A stretch of DNA of 63,884 bases, filler included, from Octopus bimaculoides (taxonomy: Eukaryota): NCBI RefSeq assembly GCF_001194135.2. It is 6 parts of 5 records of this genome, joined end to end, with 100 filler letters (N's around TTAATTAATTAA, not from the genome) between each part and the next. Parts side by side here need not be neighbours in the genome. Positions count along the whole stretch, not along the records: positions 1 to 29,196 come from NC_068988.1; 5 more parts are not named here. One strand, 5' to 3'. Both the position numbers and the translations under genes were made by a program. Shown piece after piece: positions 13,690 to 28,094 of the stretch (its first letter is position 1; every line of letters begins with the position of its first letter). The notes under the pieces were generated by a model. That model was not told the DNA's origin and made no database searches. It saw nothing but the letters and a program-made list of their open reading frames with translations.

Positions 13690-15400
13690 TTGCAAGAAAT
13701 GTAACATTTCTGAAGAGAAATATGGTGGATTCGAAAGCTAAGTTGACAACGTACGAACAAAGCTTGGGTACTCTGGGCATCAAGAGTGTGATTTTCCAAG
13801 GAGATAGCATATGTTCGTTACTTTTAGTATTTTGCATGATCACTCTGATCTTGGTGCCGCGGAAAGAGAACGTGGGATATCAGTTCAAAAAAAAAAAAAA
13901 AAAATTAACTGTCTTTTCATGAATGATTTGAAGCTGTATGCTAAGGATGAAATATAAGTGAGTTCCCTGGTGAATACGGTCGATTGTTGTAGTACTGATA
14001 TTGAGATTGAATTGAGACTCAATAAGTGTGGTATAACCAGCCTGAAAAGAGGCAAGGTACAATCCCTGGCAGGGATACAATTACCAAATAGGGAAGTAAT
14101 GAAACACATTGATAAGGAAGGAAGTATCTTGACATATTAGAGTTCAAAGAAATCATTGAGCAGGAAAAAAAGAGTATTTCTGAAGACTGCGATTGATGTT
14201 GCGCTCAGAATTGACCGGATGGTATAAAATACAAGCAGCAAATACATGGGTGATAGCATCACATAAATAAGGAACTGGAATCATAAACTGGCAAAAGAAT
14301 GAACTCATGAGTATGGATAAGAAAATATGCTAACTACTGACATTGCACGGAGCATTCCATTCTAAGAGTGACAATGATCGGTGGCACTTGTTCAGAAGAA
14401 AAGGTGGAAGAGGTTTGATCAGTTGTCGGGATTGTGTTGAATCAGAGGAAAACAGTCTGGGATTGTGTGTAAAAAATGCTGTGGAACCAATGTTGATGTA
14501 TGTGAAAAAGTTCTCCATCATCAAAACTAATAATTATGTTAAAAAAGAGAATTTTAAAGAGGAGAGAAAAAGGCACGAAAAATGAAATGGCATGGAAGGG
14601 AAAGTAAATGCACGGTCGGTTGACAAAGAGATATGAGCGCAAAGACAGATACAGATGGCCGGTGGTTATGAATGCGGAGAAGTGACTTGAAGATAGAAAC
14701 AGAAGCATTTATATACGCGGCATAAAAACAAGCATTGAGGACAAATTAATGTGAAGTGCAGAATTGATAAAACAACTGAGAATGATAAATGCAGAATGTG
14801 CAGTGAGAGGTGGGAAACAGTGTGACACACCGTTAATGAAAGCCCGAATTGGCACAACCCAAATACAAAGGCGATATGACAATGTGGTGAAGATGATCCA
14901 TTAGGAGCTTTTTCAAATTATGTCCTAGAAAGATCAAGAACATGGTGCGACCAAATCCCAAAAGGAATTATTGAGAATGAGGATTGCAAAGTCTTGTGGG
15001 ATGCAATGATTCACAATGACCATCAGATTATCATGGGAAACCTGACATTGTTCTGGTGAAGAGAAAAGAAAAAGCATGCCTGATCATTGACTTAGCATGT
15101 CCTGGTGCCACAGGATTGAATAAAACGAAGTGAACTCTGACGAACTGAAGTGAGAAATATTCAAGCTGTGGGCAATAAAGAAAGTAGATGTGGTACCAAT
15201 AGTGATTGGTACACTTGCAAGTATCTGTACCCAACTATCAACGTGGTTCAAAAAGACTGGAACAAATATAAAGATAAAACACCTACAAGACTCATCATTG
15301 CTCGGAACTGCAAAAGTCCACCACAAGGTTCTTGAAGTATGATCAGTAAACAAATGTCACCTTGGTCTACTGGCTGTGGACGGCTGGCACTTTTGTACTC
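13690..15400 (+). mobile_element. 5'-truncated R4/Dong-like (R2 group) non-LTR retrotransposon, RT plus restriction-like endonuclease, pseudogenised
   Basis: Fragments IFQGDS (RT motif), LKLYAKD, HGAFHSKSDNDRWHL..RKGGRGL, KCRMC..E.V.H zinc knuckle, KPDIVLV..K..ACLIIDLACP and VDVVPIVIG (RLE); multiple stops and frameshifts. Confidence 0.87.
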
Positions 15401-15429
15401 AGCAAAAGAAAACTGAGAGTTAGTGGACA

Positions 15430-15830
15430 AAATCATTGCCTTTATTGCGAACGAATGCCCTAGACTTGCCCAAAACCATTACAATTTGGGGTGACACGAT
15501 GAGGTAGCGAAAGTAAAACACTGGAAACTGTGCGAAAAGTGGGGTCTAGAGAGAGATAAGACATGGTATGAGCTTAAGCTGCACAGAATGGAGAAGTAGG
15601 AGACCTACAAAATCCTGTGAGGTTTTCCAATCCAAACAGATCGGGTGCTAGAGCATAGCAAACCTGGCCTAGTGGTGGTACACAAGATGCATCACATGTG
15701 TTATATAGCTGATCTTGAGTGCCCTTTGATTCAGAAGGAAGACGAAAAAGTAAATATACACAATCCTCTTAAGTAGGAAATAGCACGGCTATGGAAAATG
15801 AAGTTGAAAATAGTGCCATGCAATTTTTAA
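15430..15830 (+). mobile_element. Second R4-like zinc-knuckle/RLE fragment
   Basis: ECPRLAQNHY, HDEVAKVKHWKLCEKWGLE, PIQTDRVLEHSKPGLVVV, ADLECP: repeats the domain found at about 14800-15150 but is diverged from it. Confidence 0.7.
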
Positions 15831-15859
15831 TATCTATTACTGGTTAAGTTTCATTTAGT

Positions 15860-16110
15860 GTTGGGTTATGGGTTGGGATTAAGGGTTAGTGGGGATGGAT
15901 TAGGGTTGTGTTTAGTCAAACTGGTGTTTAAGTTGAATTTAGGTTTTAATGTACAATAATTAAAGTTTGCAGCAAGGATTAGAGGTGATATTAGTTTAGA
16001 AGAGAAAAATTTAGATTTAGGGTTAGTCTTGTGGAACTTTAAGTTTTAAGGTTACACTTTAGGGATATGGGTAAGTGTTTAGGTTAAGAATGAAGGATTA
16101 AGGAACAGAA
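15860..16110 (+). repeat. Degenerate TTAGGG-like G-rich tract
   Basis: Scattered ttagggtt / agggttag / gggtt units, no perfect array. Confidence 0.4.
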
Positions 16111-16975
16111 TCGCTACACTTAGAAAAAAGCTTTAATAAAATTCCTTTGTTGATGCGTAAGCACATAGTTCAGCACATGAACAAAAACCCAACTGAGTAC
16201 AACTGTATAGTATTTGTTTCAAACATTTTCTGCATTAGAACGCTAAATCAAAGACATTGATTGGAGATTATGATTCTAAGTAAATAAATAAATAAAACAA
16301 TTTTTAATATTAAATCTCATTTTCTCGATTTCAATGTGCGCAGCCAACCGTAAATTTTAAAACTAAGAATTCTTTCGTAATCTTTTACGAGACTATATAT
16401 TTTAAACATAGTGGGGTTGTAGTGACAATTCAGGAAAAAAAGCTAAAATAAAACAAATAAAATAAGAATAAAAAATTCAATATGTATATGTTCCCATAAA
16501 CTTTCTAAGATATGCATACGTACATAAATACATGTCTACACACACACAAACACGCACACACACGCGCGCGCGCACATGCATATATATATATATATATATA
16601 TANNNNNNNNNNNNNNNNNNNNNNNNNNNNNNNNNNNNNNNNNNNNNNNNNNNNNNNNNNNNNNNNNNNNNNNNNNNNNNNNNNNNNNNNNNNNNNNNNN
16701 NNNNNNNNNNNNNNNNNNNNNNNNNNNNNNNNNNNNNNNNNNNNNNNNNNNNNNNNNNNNNNNNNNNNNNNNNNNNNNNNNNNNNNNNNNNNNNNNNNNN
16801 NNNNNNNNNNNNNNNNNNNNNNNNNNNNNNNNNNNNNNNNNNNNNNNNNNNNNNNNNNNNNNNNNNNNNNNNNNNNNNNNNNNNNNNNNNNNNNNNNNNN
16901 NNNNNNNNNNNNNNNNNNNNNNNNNNNNNNNNNNNNNNNNNNNNNATATACAGACACCTACATACATACATCCAC

Positions 16976-17006
<31 letters not shown>

Positions 17007-17026
17007 GGCATTATTAGTAAAAGTAT

Positions 17027-19420
17027 CATTGACAGGGTAATACCCGTTTTTAAGTCTAAAATTAGATTAGCCCTCTGGTCTGATACCCAAGAGGTTGTTG
17101 GATAGTTCAAGCTTCTTGAAATTAATAAAACTAGTAAATTATTGCAACTTGATATAGAGAGCTACTGTGCCACTATAAACCCGATCGTTCTCAATCAAGC
17201 CCTGATTTTTCCCGACGTGAAATAACTATTATTCTTGCTGTGCGAGCCACTTTAGTAGATTTTGATGATACATTATGGAGTAGGTTAGATAGGGAAATGC
17301 ATTTGATATAGCAATGGGCTCACATGATTCTGCTCAGGCCAGTGACCTAGTCGGAATATATATCCTTTCATTAATCCAGTCTTCCTTGTCTGAAGTAACA
17401 AGGGGTCTATATAGGGATGACGCCTTATTTTTTTCTAGACAGAAGTAGTAAAATACAGTTAGAAAGGCATAGGAAAAATTTCTTTATAGCTTTCAAAAAT
17501 TTAGGACTAAATATTACGATAGGTAAAGATTAAAGAGTGAATTTTCTTGACGCTACCTTTTGCCTTGATTCTGGATTATTTCAACCATTTCATAAACCGA
17601 ATGATCATATTAGGTACATTAGCGTAGCGTCCAACCATCCACCCTCGATTATACGGGGACTAGTTAAGAATATTTCTACTAGAATTTCTAGATTGTCTGC
17701 TACCAGTAAAACTTTCCAATCTCATGCATCTTATTATAATGATGCTCTAGCTAAGGCTGGGTACCGTGATAGAATTCAATATATACAAGATGTAGGCTTA
17801 AGCAACGCTGGTAATTCCTACAACTGCGATACACATCGTATACCACCACAACGTTTTTGTTTGAGAAATCACTCGGATAAAGAATACAGGCTAGAAGGAA
17901 TTGATCTACCAAATGATCTACCAAAGAAAACTCACAGACATATGCGACATAGTAATTCATCTGCTTGTTTTAATCCTGCACATCACACTAGATCAAATAA
18001 ACCTAACAACAAATATAGAAATCAGGATGTCCTCTGGTTCAATCCAATTTTCGGTGTGCATGTTTCAACCAGGATCGCTGGAAAATTTTTGGCTGCTTTG
18101 GACAAGTGTTTTCCTAAATCCAATCGGTACCATGCTATTTTTAATTGGCACACCGTGAGGTATCCTACGCTAACTCTGCTAATTTGGAGCAGCTTATGCA
18201 TCGNNNNNNNNNNGGTATCCTACGCTAACTCTGCTAATTTGGAGCAGCTTATGCATCGCATAAACAATAGCAAAATGCAACAAAGGTTCAATAACCCACC
18301 TACTGGATCTAGCAAGCATTTACATCTAAATGCCAACCAAAGAGATATAAACCGCATTGATAATCATCAACTTCGACCAATTTGTAGTAGTAGAAATACT
18401 CATGGAACAGCTAGCACGATAACAACGCCGATAAATGGAGTCAGGACTGCTTTGTATATAAATAAAAACGATAAATGTTCATGCAGAGTTAAATCAAAAT
18501 GTCCTTTGATGAATCTCTGTATGAGTACAAATCTTGTATATAAATGTACTGTGCACACAAGGGGAGGGCCCTATGTTTACATTGGGCAGACGGCTGATTC
18601 ATTTAAGAATCGTTATCGTAATCATCTTGCCAGCTTTAGGTCACTCAATAAGAGACATTCGACATCTTTGGCAGATTTTATATGGCGACTGAAGGAGGCT
18701 GATACAAAATACTACATTACTTGGTCCATAGTTAGACATGCAAAACCATACAATGCAATTTCCAGGAGATGCCGTCTCTACTCCGAGGAATCCCTGTTTA
18801 TTCTGTGGACTAACGAAAAGATACTTAATAGAATTTCTGAAAGACTATCGAGATGCCTACACTCATATAAATGTACTTTCGCACAATGCAGTGAGAATGA
18901 ATTTTGAGTAACCTTTGACTTAGTGTAATTTTATTTAATTTTACTTTAAGGTATGGATGACTTAAATTTACTTTTAACCTCCCCGTTCTTCTAAACACCT
19001 ACTATATATCTAACTCATTTTGTAATCATGAGTGCGCCTAACCTCGCGTCTGCGTATGCTCACATTTTTGCTCATGATTGTATGAGCGTGTGTACTCGTG
19101 CCATGCAGCTTGCCCGAGGGCGTTTATGCATACATATCTGTTAACGGTATTTTCAATACTTTTCTCGCTGGATTCGTTTCTCTTTTTGTCTTCTGCAATT
19201 TTAATTTTGGTTCTTCTATATATATGAAGAATTTTCCTCTGTCTGACTGTTTTTCTCTCTACAAAACGGAAAATTGAATTATGGAAGTCATTTTAACGAG
19301 TTTTTTTTTATTTATCACCCGACGAGATACGTCTGCACCACCGGATACCCCTGAACCAGTTTTGTGTGTCTCACAAGAGGAGTCAATGCTAGATGTGTCG
19401 AAACAATTGTTGTGGTTAAT
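17027..19420 (+). mobile_element. Penelope-like element (RT plus C-terminal GIY-YIG), Hydra-clade-like; coding remnant 17027-18907
   Basis: GIISKSIIDR, LQLDIESY (motif A), FDIAMGSHDS, GLYRDDAL (motif C), VNFLDATFCL, PFHKPNDHIRYISVASNHPPSII, VLWFNP, CSCRVKSKCPLMNLC (CxCx5Cx5C), VYKC..YVYIGQT..SFKNRYRNH (GIY-YIG), C-terminal CRL..E..LNR..E..C.H. Flanked by TA-rich microsatellite on both sides. Confidence 0.93.
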
Positions 19421-19423
19421 AAC

Positions 19424-19465
<42 letters not shown>

Positions 19466-20096
19466 NNNNNNNNNNNNNNNNNNNNNNNNNNNNNNNNNNN
19501 NNNNNNNNNNNNNNNNNNNNNNNNNNNNNNNNNNNNNNNNNNNNNNNNNNNNNNNNNNNNNNNNNNNNNNNNNNNNNNNNNNNNNNNNNNNNNNNNNNNN
19601 NNNNNNNNNNNNNNNNNNNNNNNNNNNNNNNNNNNNNNNNNNNNNNNNNNNNNNNNNNNNNNNNNNNNNNNNNNNNNNNNNNNNNNNNNNNNNNNNNNNN
19701 NNNNNNNNNNNNNNNNNNNNNNNNNNNNNNNNNNNNNNNNNNNNNNNNNNNNNNNNNNNNNNNNNNNNNNNNNNNNNNNNNNNNNNNNNNNNNNNNNNNN
19801 NNNNNNNNNNNNNNNNNNNNNNNNNNNNNNNNNNNNNNNNNNNNNNNNNNNNNNNNNNNNNNNNNNNNNNNNNNNNNNNNNNNNNNNNNNNNNNNNNNNN
19901 NNNNNNNNNNNNNNNNNNNNNNNNNNNNNNNNNNNNNNNNNNNNNNNNNNNNNNNNNNNNNNNNNNNNNNNNNNNNNNNNNNNNNNNNNNNNNNNNNNNN
20001 NNNNNNNNNNNNNNNNNNNNNNNNNNNNNNNNNNNNNNNNNNNNNNNNNNNNNNNNNNNNNNNNNNNNNNNNNNNNNNNNNNNNNNNNNNNNNATA

Positions 20097-20130
<34 letters not shown>

Positions 20131-20493
20131 CACATACACATACATACATATATATTATATATAGACATACATACATACATACATCCGTACATATGTATGT
20201 ATATGTTGATGTATGCTGTTTCCACTGTATGTTTGTATATTTTCTTCATAATCAGTGAACAAGTCGTTTATATTTAAGAATCTCTCCTCTCATTTTATTT
20301 CGATCTCATATGCACGGAAACTCGAGTTTGGCTACGAGAAAACCAAGATAGACGGAAACCTGTACTTGATATTGGGTAGTTTGGCGACTGGCCCTTGGGG
20401 CTAAGAATATAAGTCCACTCTGTTGGAAATAATCAGGTTTCTCTCTTCCATTCTTCCTCTACTCAGCTCTGAACACGCCTTCCTCTTCTGTTA

Positions 20494-20565
20494 GATAAAG
20501 AAAATTTATGATAAAGAAAAGATAAAGAAAATTTATGATAAAGAAAAGATAAAGAAAATTTATGA
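20494..20565. repeat. 27-bp tandem repeat, about 2.7 copies
   Basis: Unit gataaagaaaatttatgataaagaaaa at 20494, 20521 and partial at 20548. Confidence 0.95.
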
Positions 20566-21387
20566 CATTGTACCTGTCCTATAGTATTCCATCGCACTGT
20601 CGCGTTTTAAATAGCAATTAATTTTTTTTTTATGTATCATTATATACTAATATTTTGAAATAATATGCATTATTTTATATTCCTATTTATTTTTCGATTT
20701 TGTGACGGTATAATATGATATAAATAGATAATTATTAAAATATATTTTCTGGGAAATTACTTAAGTTGATTGATAACAATACTTCTGAATAAATGAAATA
20801 TTAAAATGACTAGTAAAGAAATCTTTTAGCTTTGTACAAAACCAGTCGGTATATTCATTTTATATTCCTCTCATCGTGTTTGTTTGTCTGCCGAGTGCTG
20901 CTGTTGTTAAATTTAGGTCGATCGATAAACATTGTCTTCCTACTATAGTGTAGCTTTGCTCACTTGTGATAATGATGAATGTTGCGATGAGTACCACTAT
21001 TAATATACTTATGTTTTTTCATTATCAAATTTGTCTTTTATTAGCTTTTACTTTCTAGACCATGTTATCTATAAATGAACACAGATATTTCCAATTACTC
21101 CCAGTTAATAATCGCTATAAAACTCATATTTTTGTCTTATAAAATACACTTTTTTAATACATGTAAACTAAAATTGAATTGTTTTGGAAACTTTTTTCAT
21201 GTCTTCATTCTTTTATGTTTAGTTTAGAACAATAACGTTACTATGTTCAACGAATTTTGAAGAACTTGTTGCCCTTTTTCAATTACAATATCTTTCCCAT
21301 GATCCTTTGCTACTTAATACAAAGCACGATCAGAACGTGCCACTATCATCATTTCATTCCGAATGACCACAAACAACCAAACACCAC

Positions 21388-21720
21388 ATGTACATACCTG
21401 CATACATACATACATACATACATACATACATACATACATGCATACATACATATATACATACATACATGCATACATACATGCACACACACACACATACATA
21501 CATACGTGCACACATAAATACATACATACCTGCATACATAAATACATACATACATACATAATACATACATACATACATACATAATACATACCTGCATACA
21601 TACATACATACATACATACATGCATGCACACACACATGCATACATACGTGCACACATAAATACATATATACATGCATACATACATACACACATACATACA
21701 TACATACATATGTACGTACA
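21388..21720. repeat. Compound (CATA)n microsatellite
   Basis: Direct reading of the sequence. Confidence 0.97.
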
Positions 21721-21839
21721 TCTGCGACGAAAACTAGGCACAGAATCGCGATGCGGCATGGTTAAATGAACTAAGTGAGTACTGTGTAAAATATGTAACA
21801 TCACTAGAGAAACCCTCCTGCCAGTTATTATGAAAATAC

Positions 21840-23940
21840 CGAATGGAAAATCACTTGAATGAGAACATATAATAGATTATTTATTGGTCCAAAAAGTTGA
21901 TATTCAACAAGGGAACTGTCATGAGCTTGTTTAAAAATACAATGGACGCTGAGCTAGACATACCAGACTGGGTGACGACTGCACGGACTTAAAGTGTAAA
22001 AGCGCCACAAAGAGACCCGTGTGGCCAAAAGCTACAGGCCCACAACATGTTTAAATGTTATGTATAAATTGTACAAATGTTGTTTGTGCTTTTCCTAAAC
22101 CACTGCCAAACAAATAGTGCGATAATAGATAAGTAAGTTGGTGAAAAGACATTGCATAGCTCCTCATCAAGAAAGTTTTCCTCAAGGAAGCCAAGCAGCA
22201 TCGCAGTAATCTCTTAACAACATGACTAGACTACAAGAGGACGTTTTACTCTGTCCATCACTCATCGACACTAGAATCACTACATCTTGCTAGAAAATTA
22301 AATTCTATAGTAGATAACACCGAAAAACTGGCCACAGCATAGTCCACACAGTTATCACTAACAATCAAAACTAAGCCTTTAGTCATAAACAGAACTAGGT
22401 TATGAACGAGAATATCACAGGGTAATAGTAATGTTGTTTGTTTTGGTAGTGTGAGCCCCACCTTGACCCTGTTGACAAAATGCCAAAGCTACATGTTGGG
22501 ATATGCAGGGAAGAATAAAAGTAAAATCACCCACGCATTTTTTGTTGCTAACCTTAAAATTATATTCTTTAAGAGACAATTAGAATTTGCGCCAACTTTC
22601 TCACGAAGCGTAGGAATGCTTTTTCAGCAAGATAAATATTCGTACATGATAGTCAACCAAGGAAACATTGACTGCCACACAGAGAAATGACTATCAATGG
22701 CTTATCTATCTCCCCTGTCTCCAATGATGAATACTATAAGTATCTCGGAATTTATGAAAATGTTTCATACATTGGTGCTATGATTGCGCCAAAGCAACAA
22801 AAGAATACTTCAAGAGAATCCGGACAATATGGAACTCAGAGCTTACAGCATGTTTTTGTAATGGCAGAGATAGTAGCTACATTTGGGATGTTAGATTGAA
22901 CACTAGATAAGAACTGCTGCATGGACATCAAAACTAGAGAGAGACTTACCGCAACTCGTATCTTCCGCGTCAACAACGAGATCGATAGGTTCTGTGTAAG
23001 ACGAAAAGGTGACGGTAGATGAATATGTTCGGCTCAAACAGCCTTTGAATGTCGCATTGTATCACCCAAACACCTGCTTAGCAGTAAAGAAAGACTTACA
23101 TGCGTACTGAAAAGTGAGAACATCTTCAGAGTAGAGGACTGACTCCTGAGTTGGTATTTTGAGTTTACTACTGTCTGAAGTGCCCAAAGGAAGCTAGACT
23201 GACCTACTTAAACAGAAGTTTGGAGGAGAACCACGCATAATACCAGAAGAAAGCGTTGCATAGGTACATATTTCGCAAGCTAGAGGATAACAACAACATT
23301 AGTGGGCAGAGTAGCTTTTCGTGGACTTGCGATAGATACATTACATCCCATCTAAAAGGATATGACTTCGGTTTGGGACTGGAAGATGACTACTAAATAC
23401 CTCATAAACCAGAGTGACAAAGATGCCATCAAACCTCTACTTTGTGACAGAAAATTTCGGTTATATTTTACGAATGTAGAAGGTATCACCCACATCAGCA
23501 GCAACTGCCTGCCCAAAATGTCTAATAAATACTACTTACCCTTGAGATCCGATATAGTTGCAAAAATATTTACAATGTTATCCGCAGGACGAATTGTTCC
23601 GACGGGTACATGAAAGGCATATCGGAAACAAAATATATTTACACCTTTAAAAATAAGGAACACGGGTGGGATATTCCAATAGTAACAACAATGAGTTGCT
23701 CATGCAGCAAAAGTTCAGAAAAGAAGGTAAAGAGAACATTTATGGTGAACTAGTAGGGCACACAAAGCTATTTTACCTAGGTAATAAATTTTCATTTGTA
23801 ACTCTTATCATAGAAGCAGTATGCTATGCAACTACAGATTTGCACTAGAAACTAGAACTGTTAGGCTTTTCTAAGAAAGAGCAAAGGAAACTATCGCGCA
23901 TTTTCCAAGTTCAGTCTATAATCGGCACAGTGAAACCTTC
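21840..23940 (+). mobile_element. Degraded R4/Dong-like non-LTR retrotransposon
   Basis: Fragments IPDWVTTART, SYRPTTCLNVMYKL, YYKYLGIYEN, a GG(RG)-like segment near 23010, and C-terminal FVTLIIEAV..KLELLGF; very disrupted. Confidence 0.72.
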
Positions 23941-24419
23941 TAAGACAATCCAAATATTCTTCATTTGAGATTCTTTAAATCAATATATGCACAGACTAGC
24001 TTGTGCAGATTTACAGAGATGCATATGCAAACAGTAATGATAAACACGTACGCGCGCACACACATACACATGCACACACACACACGTACAAACACCCGAG
24101 GACGAAAGAGACATATTCCCACAGAACATAAGTGCAAGAGCATAGAGCTACATACATACACACATTAATTGCATCACATATTTGCAAACTCCGGGATCCC
24201 TCCTCAGTCACTTTATTAGCGACCGGCTTGAACTCCATTGAGAAAATAAATAAATCTTTAAAAAATAACACGTAAGTATATGCATACAGCGACATAAACA
24301 AAGATAACGCGCACATTTTTATGCGTACAACTGACATATAGAGGTGTATGTGCGACCGTATGTCAAGGTGTATATATGTATTTTACAAAAAGAGAATACG
24401 CATATACACACTCATAGAT

Positions 24420-25150
<731 letters not shown>

Positions 25151-25615
25151 GAGAGAAAGAGTGACAGAGCCAGAGACAGACAGACAGAAACAAAGAAGAT
25201 TGAATATCTTTGTGACTTTTCACTTTCGCTGCATTTATTTTAACATAAAGCATCTGTGCAGTCAACTGGATGCAAGTGTTTTGTTTTGATGGCTGCAGTT
25301 TCCATAGTCTTAGAACTTGTGCAAACATAACTCAAACAAAATAAAATTTGATCGCAGTATCTCAAGAGCTACTCAGTGGAATGCGCGTTATTCTTGATTT
25401 GTTTGTCCCGGGTACACCTCTCTTTAATTGTCCAAGCGGTACAGACAAAACACTACACATTCTTACCGCATAACTGTATATTCATATATACAATATCATA
25501 CGTTTAAACATACGAAATACATACATACATACATACATACATACATACATACGGACATACATACGGACATACATGCATGCATTATGTTTGTGTCAATTTG
25601 TATAAAAAAGAGTGC

Positions 25616-25658
<43 letters not shown>

Positions 25659-26311
25659 AGAGTTATGAACAAGTGAGATAAAAGAAAGAGATAAAGGGAG
25701 AGGGATTCTAACTTACAGCAGGGGTTTTTTTTTTTTATCTAGCAATTTATTATCAAATGTTTCGGTGATTAGCCTTTACATTTCTCCAGACTCTTCAAGA
25801 CACAGATTGTCCTGTCAGAATATCACAGCTATTAAGTAGCAAACTATTAACCTCTCACATTTATCGGCTCGATGCTCTATGAATGACCTGTCCTGCCTTC
25901 ACTAGCCTAATATCCGGACACTTGATCGAGACAAGCCAAAGTTTTTGACTGATTATAAAGTCAGTACTTATAAACAGAGACGCTCCTAGTAGCAAGCACT
26001 TCTTTACGCCTACATACATGCACGCACGCATACGTATATGCACGCACGCATACATATGTTCATAGATAAATAGATAGATACATAGATACACAGATAGACA
26101 GATAGCTAGCTAGAGAGAGAGACAGACAGACAAACAAATGATTGTTGGTTTACATGCCTAAACTGCAATAAATCGAAAATCCTGAAACAATAGTTTTAAA
26201 TAAGTTAAAATAACATATTTATTCCAAACTGAGTCGGAGTGAGCCCTGAACTTTTCACACCCACGCACGCGTTCACGTACACACATAAACATACGTGTGA
26301 GTGACTGTGAA

Positions 26312-26369
<58 letters not shown>

Positions 26370-27069
26370 GGCGATCATACGTACATACATAAATAGCAAA
26401 TATGCACAAAAACATGCATTTGAAAAAAAAAAATGGAGAAAAATCAAATAACAACTATTCTAGTATTTGCCGTACAAATTCACTGAAATAATTATTGTTT
26501 TCTTTTTAAAGAAATGCCGATATAATAATTATTTCTGAATTTTGCTTTGAAACATCCAAAATATGATTTACTCATCTAATATCACTGAATGATTTTAATT
26601 AGCAATAAAGCTTCTTAATCCGCCATTACAAAATTAACAATTAATAGAATGAGAGATACTTAGTTATTTTTATTCAGACATTGTATTTAGTTTCACAATC
26701 GAATATTATTGAGCTAAATGGAAAAATATTCAACAGCATTATTGTATTAAATATTAAAGCCATTGTCTTGTACTAAATGCAACCAAACATGTTTTGTATA
26801 ATTCTTTAATGTTGTGTTATTCTTGTTATACTATCGGATAAGTCAAGTTTAGTTTAATTCCAAGGAGAATATTTTCATTATCAGATCAAATGATACCTAA
26901 AATAAATGCATCAACGTGTCATCAGTGGAGAAGAGAGATAGGTATGAACGAATTGGATAAGAAAATGTACATTTATATCATGAACTTCATTAACTTACAG
27001 CTGTTGCTGTAGTTGAGTGCTGGCGTATTACTCTTTAGCATTATCCAAGTTTCAAAAATGAATGAATGA

Positions 27070-27111
<42 letters not shown>

Positions 27112-27164
27112 NNNNNNNNNNNNNNNNNNNNNNNNNNNNNNNNNNNNNNNNNNNNNNNNNNNNN

Positions 27165-27217
<53 letters not shown>

Positions 27218-28058
27218 TTTCTTTTTTTAATGTATCAAGAATTGTGTTCCAAAGCAGGTGGGTAAGGGATACACTAAGCTTTACATTATTACAGACAATC
27301 CATACAAAATAAAATCCAGTTCGTAACAGAAATATATCAAAATAATGTCTCCTCTGTTTTCACACAATAACGCAGGGCTGCTTTGTAAAAGAACAATATT
27401 AATTTGTATCCAGACAACAATACACTATGAATATATCTTTCATACATTAATTGCATCTTTCACGAGCTAAATATGAATAATTTTTTGAATTCTTTGTCCT
27501 TTTCTTAGGAATTTCAACTATTCAAGTTGCTGTGTAACGAAATGCACCAATAATTTTTAATATGATTCAGTGGTTATAATGGAAGTTGGCCAATTTCAAA
27601 CCTATTGACTGACTTTTGGTTTTAAAAGTTTAATCGCGCTTCAGTTAGAGAAACATGGTACAGTTGTACAGTTTCATTTGTATTCGATCGGGTTTTAAGT
27701 GACAATTTACTACTAACTTTACAACTTTAAAAATTGCATGTACATTCAAATACAGTGATACTATCTTATCGAAAACGATACCAGCTGTGTAGTGACACTA
27801 AACTTAATATCTTTTTTCTTTCTGTTATACATGTGGATATATAGCTGGCAAATTTGCAGAGATCCTAATGCTTTAATTTATATCTATTTTAGTTATAGAG
27901 TAATCTAACGGAATATTATCGCAACATGATGTTCTCTTGTCTGTTAAGTATGAACACCACTCTTCCTTTTTTATATCGTACAAAAAAAATTACTATTTTA
28001 AGAAATGTGATGCAATACAAACACTTTTGAAATGGATGGGGAGATTCAGTGACTGCAC

Positions 28059-28094
<36 letters not shown>

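Noticed and set aside
16477-17105. Long ORFs in the track made of X, YI/HT/VC repeats or poly-I/L/Y/N (also at 19259, 24348, 33039, 37991, 41707, 53116, 54729, 58030)
   Set aside because: They are translations of N gaps and simple repeats, which lack stop codons; no coding evidence.
18159-18258. Apparent 45-bp tandem duplication and a continuous 456-aa ORF across a 10-N gap
   Set aside because: The 45 nt on either side of the gap are identical (unmerged contig overlap). Overlap plus gap adds 55 nt, which happens to restore a frame that is otherwise shifted by 1 nt at ...gtgaggtatcc (expected TVKVSY). The intact-looking ORF is therefore probably an artefact.
19345-19418. Possible hammerhead at the 3' end of the Penelope element (cgaaacaattgttgtgg with palindromic ACAATTGT)
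   Set aside because: GAAA plus palindrome is suggestive, but no CUGANGA-like core with a pairing stem I and stem II could be built. At best a decayed motif.
20345-20440. Possible minus-strand mini-exon encoding WTYILSPKGQSPNYP (CUB-like SPNYP)
   Set aside because: Only about 20 codons, the donor is weak, the following CUB tyrosine is absent, and no partner exons were found.
25790-26010. GC-richer non-repetitive stretch with plausible splice acceptors on both strands
   Set aside because: All frames close within about 30-50 codons and none gives a recognisable peptide.
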